From: Octopus sinensis | Taxonomy: Eukaryota | Direction: 5' to 3' | Assembly (NCBI RefSeq): GCF_006345805.1 | Contig: NC_043003.1 | Span: 98,146,001-98,210,000 of the forward strand | Length of the DNA stretch: 64,000 nucleotides | In this document: positions 52,560 to 64,000 of the stretch, piece after piece | How positions within the stretch are numbered: position 1 is the first letter of the stretch | How the letters are laid out: the number at the start of each line of letters is the position of its first letter | Program-made: the position numbers and the translations under genes | Notes under the pieces: generated by a model | The model's database searches: none | Told to the model about the DNA's origin: nothing | What the model saw: only the letters and a program-made list of their open reading frames with translations

Positions 52560-53645
52560 TGGTAACTTACAACGAGTTACGTACTTAGTTGTTGAATGAA
52601 ACGCCTCGAAGAGCGACTGGAAAAGTTGATAATTTGAAGGTGCTACATCAAGAGAATACAGTGTGGGAGGTAGAACTTCCCAATCGAGTTCTTGAATAGC
52701 ATTTTCGGCCATATTAGAGAAGTGGAGGATGTGTTTGTTGTAGAAGCATGCTTTGTTGCTGGATGGATCGTTCAGATGGATTACCACGTTGCGTCAGTGC
52801 ATTTGCTGACCGTAAAGTTTTACACTGGTTGTTTTCAAGTATTTCGTAGCAGTTGATGATCCCTTCCTAATCCACCAAATGCAGATCATTGTTTTGTGTG
52901 GATGCAACTCTTAGTTGGCTCGAGGTGTTGTTTATTTGTCGGGTTTCAGCCATTCTTTCCTCTACTTTATATCGATGTAAAGACACCAGTATTCTTCACT
53001 GGTGACGATGCGGAAAATAATATTTTGTGTTCATAAGTAGCTACGTATCGAGCGAGCAAACTGACGGTGATAGAAATGCAGTGGAGTTTGTCTATTTCGT
53101 TGAGATCGTGTGACACCTATGTACCGAGTTTTTGGACCATTCCAATTGAGTAAAGGTAAAAGGCGACGGTATTATGAGAACATAAGGCGGCGAGCTGGCA
53201 GAAACGTTAGCACGACGAGCAAAATGCCTACCGGTATTTCGTCTGCAGCTACGTTCTGAGTTCAAATTCCGCCGAGGTCGACTTTGCCTTTCATCCTTTC
53301 GGGGTCGATTAAATAAGTACCAGTTACGCACTGGGGTCGATATAATCGACTTAATCCGTTTGTCTGGTCTTGTTTGTCCTCTCTGTGTTTAGCCCCTTGT
53401 GGTTAGTAAAGAAATAGGTATTATGAGAACATCCGACCTGTTGGATCAGTTCCTAAGTGGACAGGCGTGGAACCTCGTGGATCCTCGTGGACGAGCTCGT
53501 TCAATTGATCCTCATTAAATTGAACAGGTCGGCCGGAAAGCGGAGTATTGATAAGGTTGAATTTCCGCTCCTTGGATTGTGAAAACCGTTTCTGTGCAGC
53601 TATTTCAGTAATAGCAACTTCCCTGTACACCGTACAAAGATAACT
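52560..53645 (-). mobile_element. Mariner fossil (same family as 24900-26268) interrupted by SINE A
   Basis: KERKFNLINTPLSGRPVQFNEDQLNELVHEDPR and IQELDWEVLPPTLYSLDVAPSNYQLFQSL. Confidence 0.85.
53184..53416 (+). mobile_element. Young SINE A with perfect 16-bp TSD
   Basis: GGTATTATGAGAACAT at 53168-53183 and 53417-53432. Confidence 0.92.
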
Positions 53646-54620
53646 GTCCTTCACCCTTCCTAAAATCCAGATTTTGCTCCCTGTGACTTTTGGTTGTTCT
53701 CCAAGCTGAAGGAAAACCCCAGGAACAGTCGTTTTGAAGACACTGAGTATTTGAAGGAGGCTAGAACAATATCATTCAAGTCAGAGGATCCTGCATTGTA
53801 GGAGATTAGAGTTTTGAACTGTTTTGAAATGTCTCACCAGAAAAAAAAATCTAAAGACCTCTGGAATGCACTTTGTATATGTTCGATTGTCACATAGGTT
53901 TATTCGCTTCTTCCCAATCTTGTATGAATTAACATAAAAAATATTTTTTTTATCTTAGTGGACAAATCTCGTATGTAAAAAAAAAAAAAATTTTGTAGCG
54001 CTACTCTTCCTCTGCAACTTTTATTTATGATTTTCGAAATTTGAAAATGTCAGACATATGACGATGGAGCACCAATCAACATTTTTGACACCTGCTTTTC
54101 TTCGCCTTCCGTCAATGTTCCGAAACTAGAAGAACCGCTTTGGAACCTTGACTGTGTACCACCGTATGCAACACAAATATCTTTGTGCTGTGTACAGAGG
54201 AGGTGTTATTACTGAAACAGCTGCACAGAAACGGCTTTCGTGATTCAAAGAGCGGAAATTTAACCTCGTCCACACTCCGCATTCCGGTCGACTTGTCCCT
54301 CACCCTCCCTACAATCTCTGTCAAGAGGCTGCTTTCCAGGATGCTCATCCCTGATCACCTTGGAAACAAACTTTGCACAAATGTTGCTCATGTTCAGATC
54401 TTCATGAATAATTCTGTGTTCAGTTGCCGCACCAACTCCGAACAGTATAGTTGCTGTCTTGATAGGCATACCACGGTCTTCATCAAGAAAATGGCGAATT
54501 TTCTCAATTAGCTTTGTCGTTCTGATATGTCTCTCCTTCTCACAACTCTCACCATCTCTCACTTCTCCTCTACTGTGCTTCAGCCTCTTGTGTCAGCGAA
54601 AAAGCTAATCCATAAGTTGT
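53646..54620. mobile_element. Nest of further mariner fragments in both orientations
   Basis: Plus 53646-53880 NPDFAPCDFWLFSKLKE; plus 54050-54295 N-terminal HF*HLLFFAF..ICAVY; minus 54320-54600 KIRHFLDEDR..HRIIHEDLNMSNICAKFV. Confidence 0.75.
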
Positions 54621-54858
54621 TGCTGTTTGTTCCTTCTCGAGCCATACCTGGCTCATAAGGGCCGGTTTCTCGGTTTCATTGGCGTATAGGTTCCCACCTG
54701 GACGGGGCGATCCGCGATCGGGAATCCGCTACTCTAACCACTTGGCCACGTGCTTTCACTAATCGATAAGTAGTCTGGAATATTTCATAAATTTTTATAG
54801 CGTTTTTGTTTTTCCCATTTAATAAAAAAACTTGGCAGGTCAGTGTATTAGACGTATA

Positions 54859-55090
54859 TATTTCTTTACTACCCACAAGGGGCTAAACACAGAGGGGACA
54901 AACAAGGACAGACAAACAGATTAAGTCGATTATATCGATCCCAGTGCGTAACTGGTACTTATTTAATCGATCCCGAAAGGATGAAAGGCAAAGTCGACCC
55001 CGGCGGAATTTGAACTCAGAACGTAACGGCAGACGAAATACGGCTACGCATTTCGCCCGGCGTGCTAACGTTTCTGCCAGCTCGCCGCCT
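54859..55090 (-). mobile_element. Young SINE A with perfect 19-bp TSD
   Basis: TCAGTGTATTAGACGTATA at 54840-54858 and 55091-55109. Confidence 0.92.
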
Positions 55091-55121
55091 TCAGTGTATT
55101 AGACGTATAGTAAAGATATAC

Positions 55122-55415
55122 TGGAGGCGCAATGGCCCCATGGTTAGGGCAGCGGACTCGCGGTTTCGATTCCCAGAACGGGCGTTGTGTGTGTTTATTG
55201 AGCGAAAACACCTAAAAGCTCCACGAGCACCGGCAGGGAGTGGTGGCGACCCCTGTTGTACTCTTTCACCGCAACTTTCTCTGACTTTCCCTTCCTGTTT
55301 CTTGAGTAACGCTGCGATGGACTGGCGTCCTCTCCAGCTGGGGGGAACACATATGTCACAGAAACCGGGAAACCGGGCCCATGAGCTTGGCTAGGCTTGA
55401 AAAGGGCGACGAAAA
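55122..55415 (+). mobile_element. SINE family C with V-domain-like tail
   Basis: Family C head plus GCGATGGACTGGCGTCC..CCAG...GAAACCGGGAAACCGG tail. Confidence 0.75.
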
Positions 55416-55501
55416 AATAATATTACAATTAGAATAATGTAGGACAGTCATAACTAATTGCCTCTCCTAAAAATGCCTCAAAACTTCAGGAATATGCCTC
55501 G

Positions 55502-55533
<32 letters not shown>

Positions 55534-55547
55534 TGTATGTATGTATG

Positions 55548-55585
<38 letters not shown>

Positions 55586-55863
55586 CATAAGACACGCATT
55601 CCTAAATGCGTTTGTACATATGCGATCGGGTGTGTGTGTATGTATGTTAGTGTATTGTACATGTATTAGTATAAGCGAGTGTGTCTTATATAAGTTATAT
55701 AAGTTTATATATATATATTCCGTTGTGTTGTGTGTTGTGCTTGTCTGTTAGACAGGTTAGGGGATGTGGGTTGTAACTAGCAGGGGAAACCTAAAAACTG
55801 TTTGATAGAAAGGGAAGAGATTAGTGATAAGGGTGTAGACTAGGTCGCCAGGTCAGTAGGGTA

Positions 55864-55952
55864 TTGCTGCTGCTGCTGCTGCTGCCGCTGCTGCCGCTGC
55901 TGCCGCTGCTGCCGCTGCTGCCGCTGCTGCCGCTGCTGCCGCTGCTGCCAAA

Positions 55953-56005
<53 letters not shown>

Positions 56006-56055
56006 CACCACCACCATCACCACCACCACCACCACCACTACTACTGTTGTTGTAG
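55864..56055. repeat. Compound (GCT/GCC)n, (ACT)n, (ACC)n microsatellite
   Basis: Directly visible. Confidence 0.95.
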
Positions 56056-56583
56056 TTGTTCCTGTTATTGTTATAGATTTCCCCTTTCTGATCCTAGTCC
56101 TGGTTACGTTTTCAGGTTACGATGTGAATGTGGAGGTGGTGGTGGTGGTGGTCGTGATGGTGATTGTGGTGTTATTGGTGCAGGTGGTGCCGGTTGTTAC
56201 CAATGGTATAATTGATATAAGAGAAATAAGAAGTAATTGTACCCCTAAAACTCAAAACTTATATACATACATACATACATACACACCGAAACGCAGAGTA
56301 GATGAAACCATGGCGACTGAAGAAGGGGAATTTCCCTTGTGTTATTTGTCCTGTACTCTATTTTGTTGTTGTTTAAGAAAAATGTCCAGTTCCTTGGTTT
56401 TGTGTTTATGTTTTCGTTTCTCATTGTGTTCGACGTTTTTTTGGTGTCCTGTACCCGTATATGCGTGTATATATACATGTAGAGGTAGCTACGTACATAT
56501 ATGTATGTATATATGCATATGTTTTATTTATTAATTTATTATATGACGGAACGCACGCATCCATTTCTAATTAAGATTGTTTT

Positions 56584-56624
<41 letters not shown>

Positions 56625-56625
<1 letters not shown>

Positions 56626-56960
56626 GTGACCGCGTGTATATCGTTGGCGATTTTTTCCCTCCGTCTTCCCTTCTTTAGATCTTTCCCTTTTCTATGTTTC
56701 TGACGAAGAGCTCTGCACGAGTCGTTAAGTCCTCCTTCTTTCTTTCCTTTCCTGGGCGTCCAATAACACTATACTTGTTCCACGTCCTCGCGTTGCTGTG
56801 TTTTCCCTTTGTGTTTTCATGTTTGGATTAACTACTCCGACAAAGCGCTCCGCTCGAAACGTCATACCCTCCTTCTTCCCTTCTTTCCTGAGCGTCCAAT
56901 AATACTTTATTTGTTCCACATCCTCGCGTTGTTGTCTTTTTGTTTTCTTGTTTGGATTAA
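56625..56960 (+). mobile_element. HHR element family D, partial tandem dimer (137-bp period)
   Basis: HHR-like cores start at 56700 and 56837; the downstream unit is repeated; (TA)n flanks. Confidence 0.7.
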
Positions 56961-57456
56961 TTTATATATATATATATATATATATATATGTAAAGGCACA
57001 CACACAAAAAGACCCACTCACACAGCCATTCACACACGCACACGCACGCATGCACGCACACAACCCCACACACAACGGGCTTCTGCACAGTTTCAATCAA
57101 CCAAATACTCTTACAAACCGTTTGCAGAGCCGGACCCGGAGTTCTAATAAACGACACTTTTCCCAGGTGCCGCGCAGTCAACTCCTTAGCCACACATTCG
57201 TGACCAGACCTTGTATATATATATACGTTTTGTTTTTGCATTTGGTTTGCAAGATTCTTTATGTGACTTCGCGTGTTGAAGCATATTATGTTGTGTCTGA
57301 GGAGGTTCATTCTCTTTTAGTGCCTTATGGTTTTATATACATATATATACATATATATATATGTATGTATGTGTGTATATATATATATACGCACACACAC
57401 ACACAACACACACACACACCACACACACACACACCACACACACACACATATATATA

Positions 57457-57848
57457 GCGCAGGAGTGGCTATTTGGTAAGTAGTTTGCTTACCAACCACA
57501 TGGTACCGGGTTTAGTCCTACTGTGTGCACCTTGGGCAAGTGTCTTCTACTATAGCCTCGAGCCGACTGAAGCCTTGTGAGTGGATTTGGTAGACAGAAA
57601 CTGAAAGAAGCCCGTCATATATATATAGGCGGCGAGCTGGCAGAATCGTTAGCACGCCGGGCGAAATGCGTAGCCGTATTTCGTCTGCTGTTACGTTCTG
57701 AGTTCAAATTTCGCCGAGGTCGACTTTGCCTTTCATCCTTTCGGGGTCGATAAAATAAGTACCAGTAACGCACTGGGGTCGATATAATCGACTTTGTCTG
57801 TCCTTGTTGGTCCTCTCTGTGTTTAGCCCATTGTGGGTAGTAAAGAAA

Positions 57849-57884
<36 letters not shown>

Positions 57885-58095
57885 TGTATGTGAGTGAATG
57901 TGTGTTTGTTCCCCCAACATTGCTTAACGACCGATGCTGGTGTGTTTAAGTACCCGCAACTTAGTGGTTTGGCAAGAGACGCCGATAGAATAAGTACTAG
58001 GCTTACAAAGAATAAGTCAAGAGGTCGATTTGTTCGACTGAAGGCGGTGCTCCAGCATGGCTGCAGTGAAATGACTGAAACAACTAAATGAAAAC
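57457..58095 (+). mobile_element. SINE B with SINE A (57627-57850) nested in its internal (TA)n
   Basis: Both halves of B flank a full A copy. Confidence 0.85.
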
Positions 58096-58174
58096 GAGGA
58101 TATATAATCACTGACCTTGTGCCGTAATAAGAACTAGTCATTAAGTTGATGTTTGGAAGGAAGTATATATTCGT

Positions 58175-58717
58175 TTATTCTTTTACTTGTTTCAGTCATT
58201 TGACTGCGGCTATGCTGGAGCACCGTCTTGAAAGTTTCTGTCGAACAAATCGATCCTAGATCTTATTCTTTTAAGGCATAGTATTTATTCCATCGTTTAG
58301 TTTTGCCGAACCGCTATGTTAATGGGACGTAAACACACTAACACCGGTTGTCAAGCGGTGATGGCTGGGGGAGGAAACACCGACACAAAGACGCACACAC
58401 ATAAATATATACATATATATATACATATATTTATATAACAGAGGATAAAACATTAAAAAAATATTTATCAGTTGCCAGCATATCAAATGAAACCAATTAA
58501 GGTGAAAGTTATATTACTCTTTACTTGTTTCAGTCATTTGACTGCGGCCATGCTGGAGCACTGCCTTTAGCCGAGCAAATCGACCCCGGGACTTATTCTT
58601 TTGTAAGTCCAGTACTTATTCTATCAGTCTCTTTTGCCGAACCGCTAAGTGACGGGGACGTAAACACACCAGCATCGGTTGTCCAGCAATGCTAGGGGGA
58701 CAAATACAGACACACAA

Positions 58718-58750
<33 letters not shown>

Positions 58751-59010
58751 CATATATACGACAGGCTTCTTTCAGTTTCCGTCTACCAAATCCACTCACA
58801 AGGCATTGGTCGGCCCGGGGCTATAGCAGAAGACACTTGCCCAAGATGCCACATATACGACGGGCTTCTTTCATTTTCCGTCTACCAAATTCACTCAACA
58901 TGCTTTGGTCGGACCGAAGCTATATTTGAAGACCCAAGGTGCCCCGCAATGGGACTGAATCCGGAACCACATGGTTGGGAAGCAAGCTTCTTGTTACACT
59001 GCCACGCCTC
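58175..59010 (-). mobile_element. Cluster of minus-strand SINE B copies
   Basis: 58175-58400 and 58515-59010; the latter has a duplicated internal segment. Confidence 0.8.
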
Positions 59011-59125
59011 TGAAATTAAAAAAAATTAAAACAGATAATGTTGTACCCTGGGACCACGGTGGGTGTCACGTCAATTAGTATAAACAGTTTTTTAAAACTT
59101 TCTTAATATCAGTCTGAGTTCATTT

Positions 59126-59299
59126 AGGAGTGGCTGTGTAGTAAGTAGCTTGCTTACGAACCACATGCTTCCGGGTTCAGTCCCATTGCGTGGCACCTTG
59201 GGCAAATGTCTTCTACTATAGCCTCGGGCCGACCAAAGCCTTGTGAGTGGATTTGGCTGACGGAAACTGAAAGAAGTCCGTCGTATATATGTATATATA

Positions 59300-59348
<49 letters not shown>

Positions 59349-59570
59349 GTGTATATGTTTGTGTGTCTGTGTTTGTCCCCCTTAACGTCGCTTGACAACC
59401 GATGCTGGTGTGTTTACGTCCCCTTCACCTAGCGGTTCGGCAAAAGAAACTGATAGAATAAGTACTAGGCTTACAAAGAATAAGTACAGGGATCGATTTG
59501 CTCGACTAAAGGCGGTGCTCAAGTATGCCCACAGTCAAATGACTGAAACAAGTAAGAAAGTAAAAGAGGT
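59126..59570 (+). mobile_element. SINE family B, full length
   Basis: Matches 10124-10545. Confidence 0.85.
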
Positions 59571-59599
59571 ACCTCAAAGTTAGAGTAAAAGGTCAAGTA

Positions 59600-59842
59600 T
59601 CTTTCTCGAGTTATACCGACTCACAAGGACTGGTTTCCCGGTTTCATGGCGTATGTATTTCCCACCTGAATGGAGCGCCGGCTCGCCGCAGGATTACTCA
59701 TTTCTGCCAGTTGAGTGGACAGGAGCAACGTGAAATGAAATGCTTTGCTCAAGAACACAACGCATCGTCAGGACGAAGAATCGAAACCACAATCTTACGA
59801 TCGTGAGTCCAACACACTAACCACTAAACCACGTATCCCCAC
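59600..59842 (-). mobile_element. tRNA/CORE-like SINE with V-domain-like tail
   Basis: Body resembles 42320-42635; tail resembles 55300-55410. Related copies at 30690-30900 and 54632-54758. Confidence 0.7.
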
Positions 59843-59873
59843 TAACAGGTATTATAGGGTGTTTATAATTCAT

Positions 59874-60237
59874 GTGGAGGCGCAATGGCCCAGTGGTTAG
59901 GGCGCGGTTTCGATTCCCAGACCGGGCGTTGTGAGTGTTTATTGAGCGAAAACACCTAAAAGCTCCACGAGACTCCGGCAGGGGATGGTGGTGATCCCTG
60001 CTGTACTCTTTCACCACAACTTTCTCACTCTTACTTCCTGTTTCTGTTGTACCTATACTTCAAAGGGCCGGCCTTGTCACTCTCTGTGTCACGCTGAATA
60101 TCCCCGAGAACTACGTTAAGGGTGCACGTGTCTGTGGAGTGCTCAGCCACTTACACGTTAATTTCACGAGCAGGCTGTTCCGTTGATTCGGATCAACCGG
60201 AACCCTCGTCGTCGTAACCGACGGAGTGCTTCCCTCC
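59874..60237 (+). mobile_element. SINE family C with RTE-type tail and 11-bp TSD
   Basis: TSD TTATAATTCAT at 59863-59873 and 60238-60248. Confidence 0.88.
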
Positions 60238-60689
60238 TTATAATTCATACATTGTTCGTAGTTGAGAATAGCAAGAACACCATGAAGTTGCCATGACGTA
60301 GTGTTGTGTTCGAGTCGTCATGCTGGAAATTAATGAAGGATATTTCGACATAGAAACTCAATACAGAAAAAAAAAAAAGAACTCGCTGCTAGTTGTTTCT
60401 TATTTACCCACTAAGTCTGTAGGATCATTTATACCATTGCACCAATTTCATCGTCACTACTTTGGTCATAACCATGACCAACCACACCAAAACAAAACAC
60501 AAAAAACTCATAACCACCACCATTGATGCTACCATTACTACCACTACGACCAGTACCACCCTCATTACGACAACGACGACGACAACCACCAGCACCACCA
60601 CCGCCGTCACCGCAACCACCACAACCACCACTATCGCCTCCAGCTGCACGTAAGCTAGTGATCGGCACAGAAAATGATGGTAATTTTTT

Positions 60690-61100
60690 TTAGGATGACT
60701 ATGGTGTCGTACTCCGATTTTTTTAGAATATTGCTGCACTGCGAACAACAGGCTGTACATTGAGACACTACTCAAAAAAGTTTTGAGAGGATCGAACATG
60801 AATCCGAAACAAATCTATATTCACCATGACGATGCTCAACCCCATACATCTTTGGTAACAAATCAGGCAATCGGAATATGGGTGTGGTCAGTGGTTCCCC
60901 ATCCACTGTACAACCTGGATCTGGAGTTTACCAACCTCTGTCTGTTCAGCCCAACGAAGAGCAGACTTCGGAGACATCGATTTGATGATACAAATGAGGT
61001 GAAATGAGGTACATCGGCGCACACCTGGACTTTTTCAATGAGGATTCGAGAAGTTGAACTTCTCGTGCAAAATGCTTGCTTGTGAATGATGCTATGTTGT
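60690..61100 (+). mobile_element. Mariner transposase C-terminal remnant
   Basis: IHHDDAQPHTS...WSVVPHPLYNLDL...RFDDTNEVK. Confidence 0.8.
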
Positions 61101-62208
61101 GCATTATCTTTATTGAGGAGGAACTACTTTATTGAGGAGGAATTACTTAACTAACAGTGGTACTTGGAACGAGCTCTACGTTTTGCTTGATTTAGTCATT
61201 AGACTGCGGCCATGCTGGGGCGCCGCCTTGTAATTCTCCCCCCCCCCCATCCCATTCAGGAGTGATGAGTATCGTTATTTCGCCATTTTTGTGGCTTATC
61301 AACATTACCTACTTAAATCGAACCGGAGCTTTGTCAATTAATAAAAAAAGATATTTTCGCATTACATTCGGTGCAACTCTCGTATTTTTGGATGCTTAAA
61401 TATACCGTATAGAAGTATGAACAGTATGTAGAGATGTACCACGGGAAGTTGGTCTTTTCTCCAAACTCATTTAATAATTTGTGCATCTAATACGATGCAA
61501 AAGAAGCTTCAAAATATATTGTCGACGTCTAAGTATATGTAATATTAATACACCCAGAAGCAAGCCTAATTCTATGCAGAAAAGGGTGTAAATTAGAATG
61601 TACGTAATTAAACAACATGCTCATTTCATCATTAGTTAACTAATCCAATAGAAAGCTATCTTGAAATATATTATGTAATTACGAGTATAAGCAAGGGATT
61701 ATTTATAATATACGCCAATGTACAAGTAATTACACATAGGAAATTGCTAACGTAAGCATATATTCAATATTATTGTAGATCTAATAAACCATTTGCAAAT
61801 TCAGGTTCCCAGTAAGCCTATCTTTAAATGATTTATTTTTATACATTTATCCAGTCGCAGTGTTGGCATGAGATTAGCGCTAAAGTTAGTTTATATGACC
61901 TTTGAACTGTATATTAATTTAAACAAGAATTTATTTTGATCATAAAGAAGCAAGGGTGAAGTTAATAAATAAAGGGCGAGTATTTTACAGCACATAGCTA
62001 ATATTCTGTAAACTTCTGTAATATATAACCATGGGTATGGGTATGCATTTATTTGTAGATAATTGTATATTTTAGAATACATGTGGTATTTGTAAGTGCA
62101 TATCTTCCTACACTTGCATGTATGTGTTTGTAGATACGCGTGTATATATTTGTTGTATCAAGGAATGTATACACAATGTTGTATGAAAGAATGTATAAAC
62201 ATTTATAC

Positions 62209-62295
<87 letters not shown>

Positions 62296-62559
62296 GTTTT
62301 TCTGTCTGTCTGTCTTTCAATATACATGTATTTATGCATGAATGCGCAATTACGAAACCAAGTACTGATATTTTGAATGCATTGAACATGTACGTTTCAA
62401 GTAGGTGAAATATTTCGCCTAGAGCGACTGAAGAGAATGGCATTTGCGCAACAATTTGATACGTAACTACTTTGAAACGTACGTATTAAATGCATTCAGG
62501 ATATCAGTAACTGATCTCGTAATTATCCGTATATATATATATATATATATATATAAATA

Positions 62560-62735
62560 TATTTTCTCTCCTTGTTTCTCTCCGTGTTTCTTTTCTGTGT
62601 ATCTTTCTGAAGAGCGTAGGCTCGAAACGTAAAAGATTTGCTTTATTTATATTCCTGAGCGCCATACTAATACAATTGTTTGATTGTACTCCACCTGCCT
62701 TCGTCTTTTGTATATTTTCATAAAGCTTCCCGTTA
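62560..62735 (+). mobile_element. HHR-bearing element family E
   Basis: 62601-62637 reads ATCTTT CTG--- AA GAGC GTAG GCTC GAA ACGT A AAAGAT (3-nt core deletion relative to siblings). Confidence 0.6.
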
Positions 62736-63064
62736 TATATATATATACATACACACACATACATGCACGCGCACACGCACAAACACACATGCATACATAC
62801 ATATATGTATATCCCTCAACTCCTCATCATTTATCGACCAAAAATCATCACAATTTCGATCCAATATATAATGTTCAGTTATATGTTGCTGGGATATAAA
62901 TGAGCAGTTCGGAAAGACGTGCATGAAGTGACTTAAGACAAGTTCAACAAGAATTAAAAAAATACGAGATCTCTACACCGAACGGTGAAAGTCATGCTTG
63001 TATGTATTACTCTTTTACATTTTTACTTGTTTCAGTCATTTCACTGCGGCCATGCTGGAGCACC

Positions 63065-63960
63065 GTTTTCCACCGTTCGAAGCAGTCCTGGAACTCTTAC
63101 GAAGTGATGGTTTTTAACGCCTCCGTCGATTTTTCTTCACCTCTTCCCCGTCTGTAAAACATTTTCCTTTAACGACTTCTTTCTTTCGGGGAACAAGAAA
63201 ACGTCGCAGGGAGCAAGATCGCAGGGAACAAGAATAGGGAGCGTGGGTACATACCCACGCTCCCTATTCTTGCCATTTTTGGTCAAAAACTGATTCACGC
63301 TCAAGTCAGGCAGTGGGCGTAGGCGCATTATCACGATGAAACCACAACTCTCCACTTTGCTACAGGTCGGGGCGTTTTCGTCTCACTGTGTCTCGAAACG
63401 CTTCAGAACTGCTAAGTAAAATGTCTGGTTAACAGTTTGACCAGGAGGAACAAATGCTGTGTGAACAATTCCTTTCGCATCGATGAAGCAACATCGTCTT
63501 GATATTGGACTTCACTTGACGCGCACTTTTGGGTCGTGGTGACATTGATTGCTTCCATTGACTTGATTGCTACTTCGTTTCCGAATCGTAGGCGTAGCAC
63601 CAGCTTTCCTCAACAGTAATGGCATTCGAAAAAATATTCGGATCGACTTCCATCTGTTCATTCAGTCGTGACTGCTTTTGATCTTCAGTGAGAGATCAAG
63701 ACAAATTTGCTGCAGCTTTTTTCATTCGCAATTTCTCGCTCAAAATTCGTTAGCAGGAGCTCCAGGACACACCAGTCATATTAAAAAAGTTCGCCAGTTG
63801 TTTGGCGGTGGTCCTCCAAGTTCAATTCATTAATTTTCGTGATGTTTTCATTCGTTCGGGAGGTCGATGGCCGCCCTGAACGAAGTTGGTCTTCAAGCGA
63901 AAAGTGACTATTCCTAAAGCCTGAAAACCACTCCAGAATCTTTGTAAGCTGTTTGAAACA
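63065..63960 (-). mobile_element. Mariner transposon fossil (a different subfamily)
   Basis: SLEDQLRSGRPSTSRTNENITKI...RILSEKLRMKK; WFHRDNAP; DLAPCDVFLFP. Confidence 0.85.
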
Positions 63961-64000
63961 TGAGAACTATTTCGGCCGCTGTTCCCCCCCCCCCCAGCAC

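Noticed and set aside
55864-55950. Poly-Ala/Pro-Leu coding-like GCT/GCC repeat
   Set aside because: It is embedded in compound microsatellite with no flanking coding sequence or splice support.
56285-56340. GAAACGCAGAGTA ... CTGAAGAAGGGG hammerhead-like words
   Set aside because: The core halves could not be assembled into a consistent three-helix fold.

Overview
AT-rich, repeat-saturated eukaryotic non-coding DNA (intronic or intergenic). The repeat content suggests an octopus/cephalopod genome; this is inferred from family recognition, not verified. No intact host protein-coding gene is supported: most supplied ORFs are microsatellite or SINE translations, and the rest are decayed transposon proteins. 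The window holds dozens of tRNA-derived SINEs (at least 3 families), fossil RTE, CR1 and R4/Dong-like LINEs, mariner and Tigger/pogo remnants, two non-autonomous Helitrons and many microsatellites. The most notable layer is a set of short non-coding elements, mostly embedded in (TA)n/(AAT)n tracts, that carry type I hammerhead ribozyme (HHR) motifs. These include one fully canonical HHR (39753-39816) inside a 71-bp inverted repeat, about 10 minimal or degenerate HHRs (among them a 6-copy family with a non-canonical CUGUNGA core), and several fold-back elements. They are consistent with non-autonomous Penelope-like/retrozyme elements. Separately, one SINE family builds head-to-tail arrays with identical breakpoints and has inserted twice at the homologous position of two diverged mariner copies. 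Coordinates were read by eye, so repeat boundaries are approximate.
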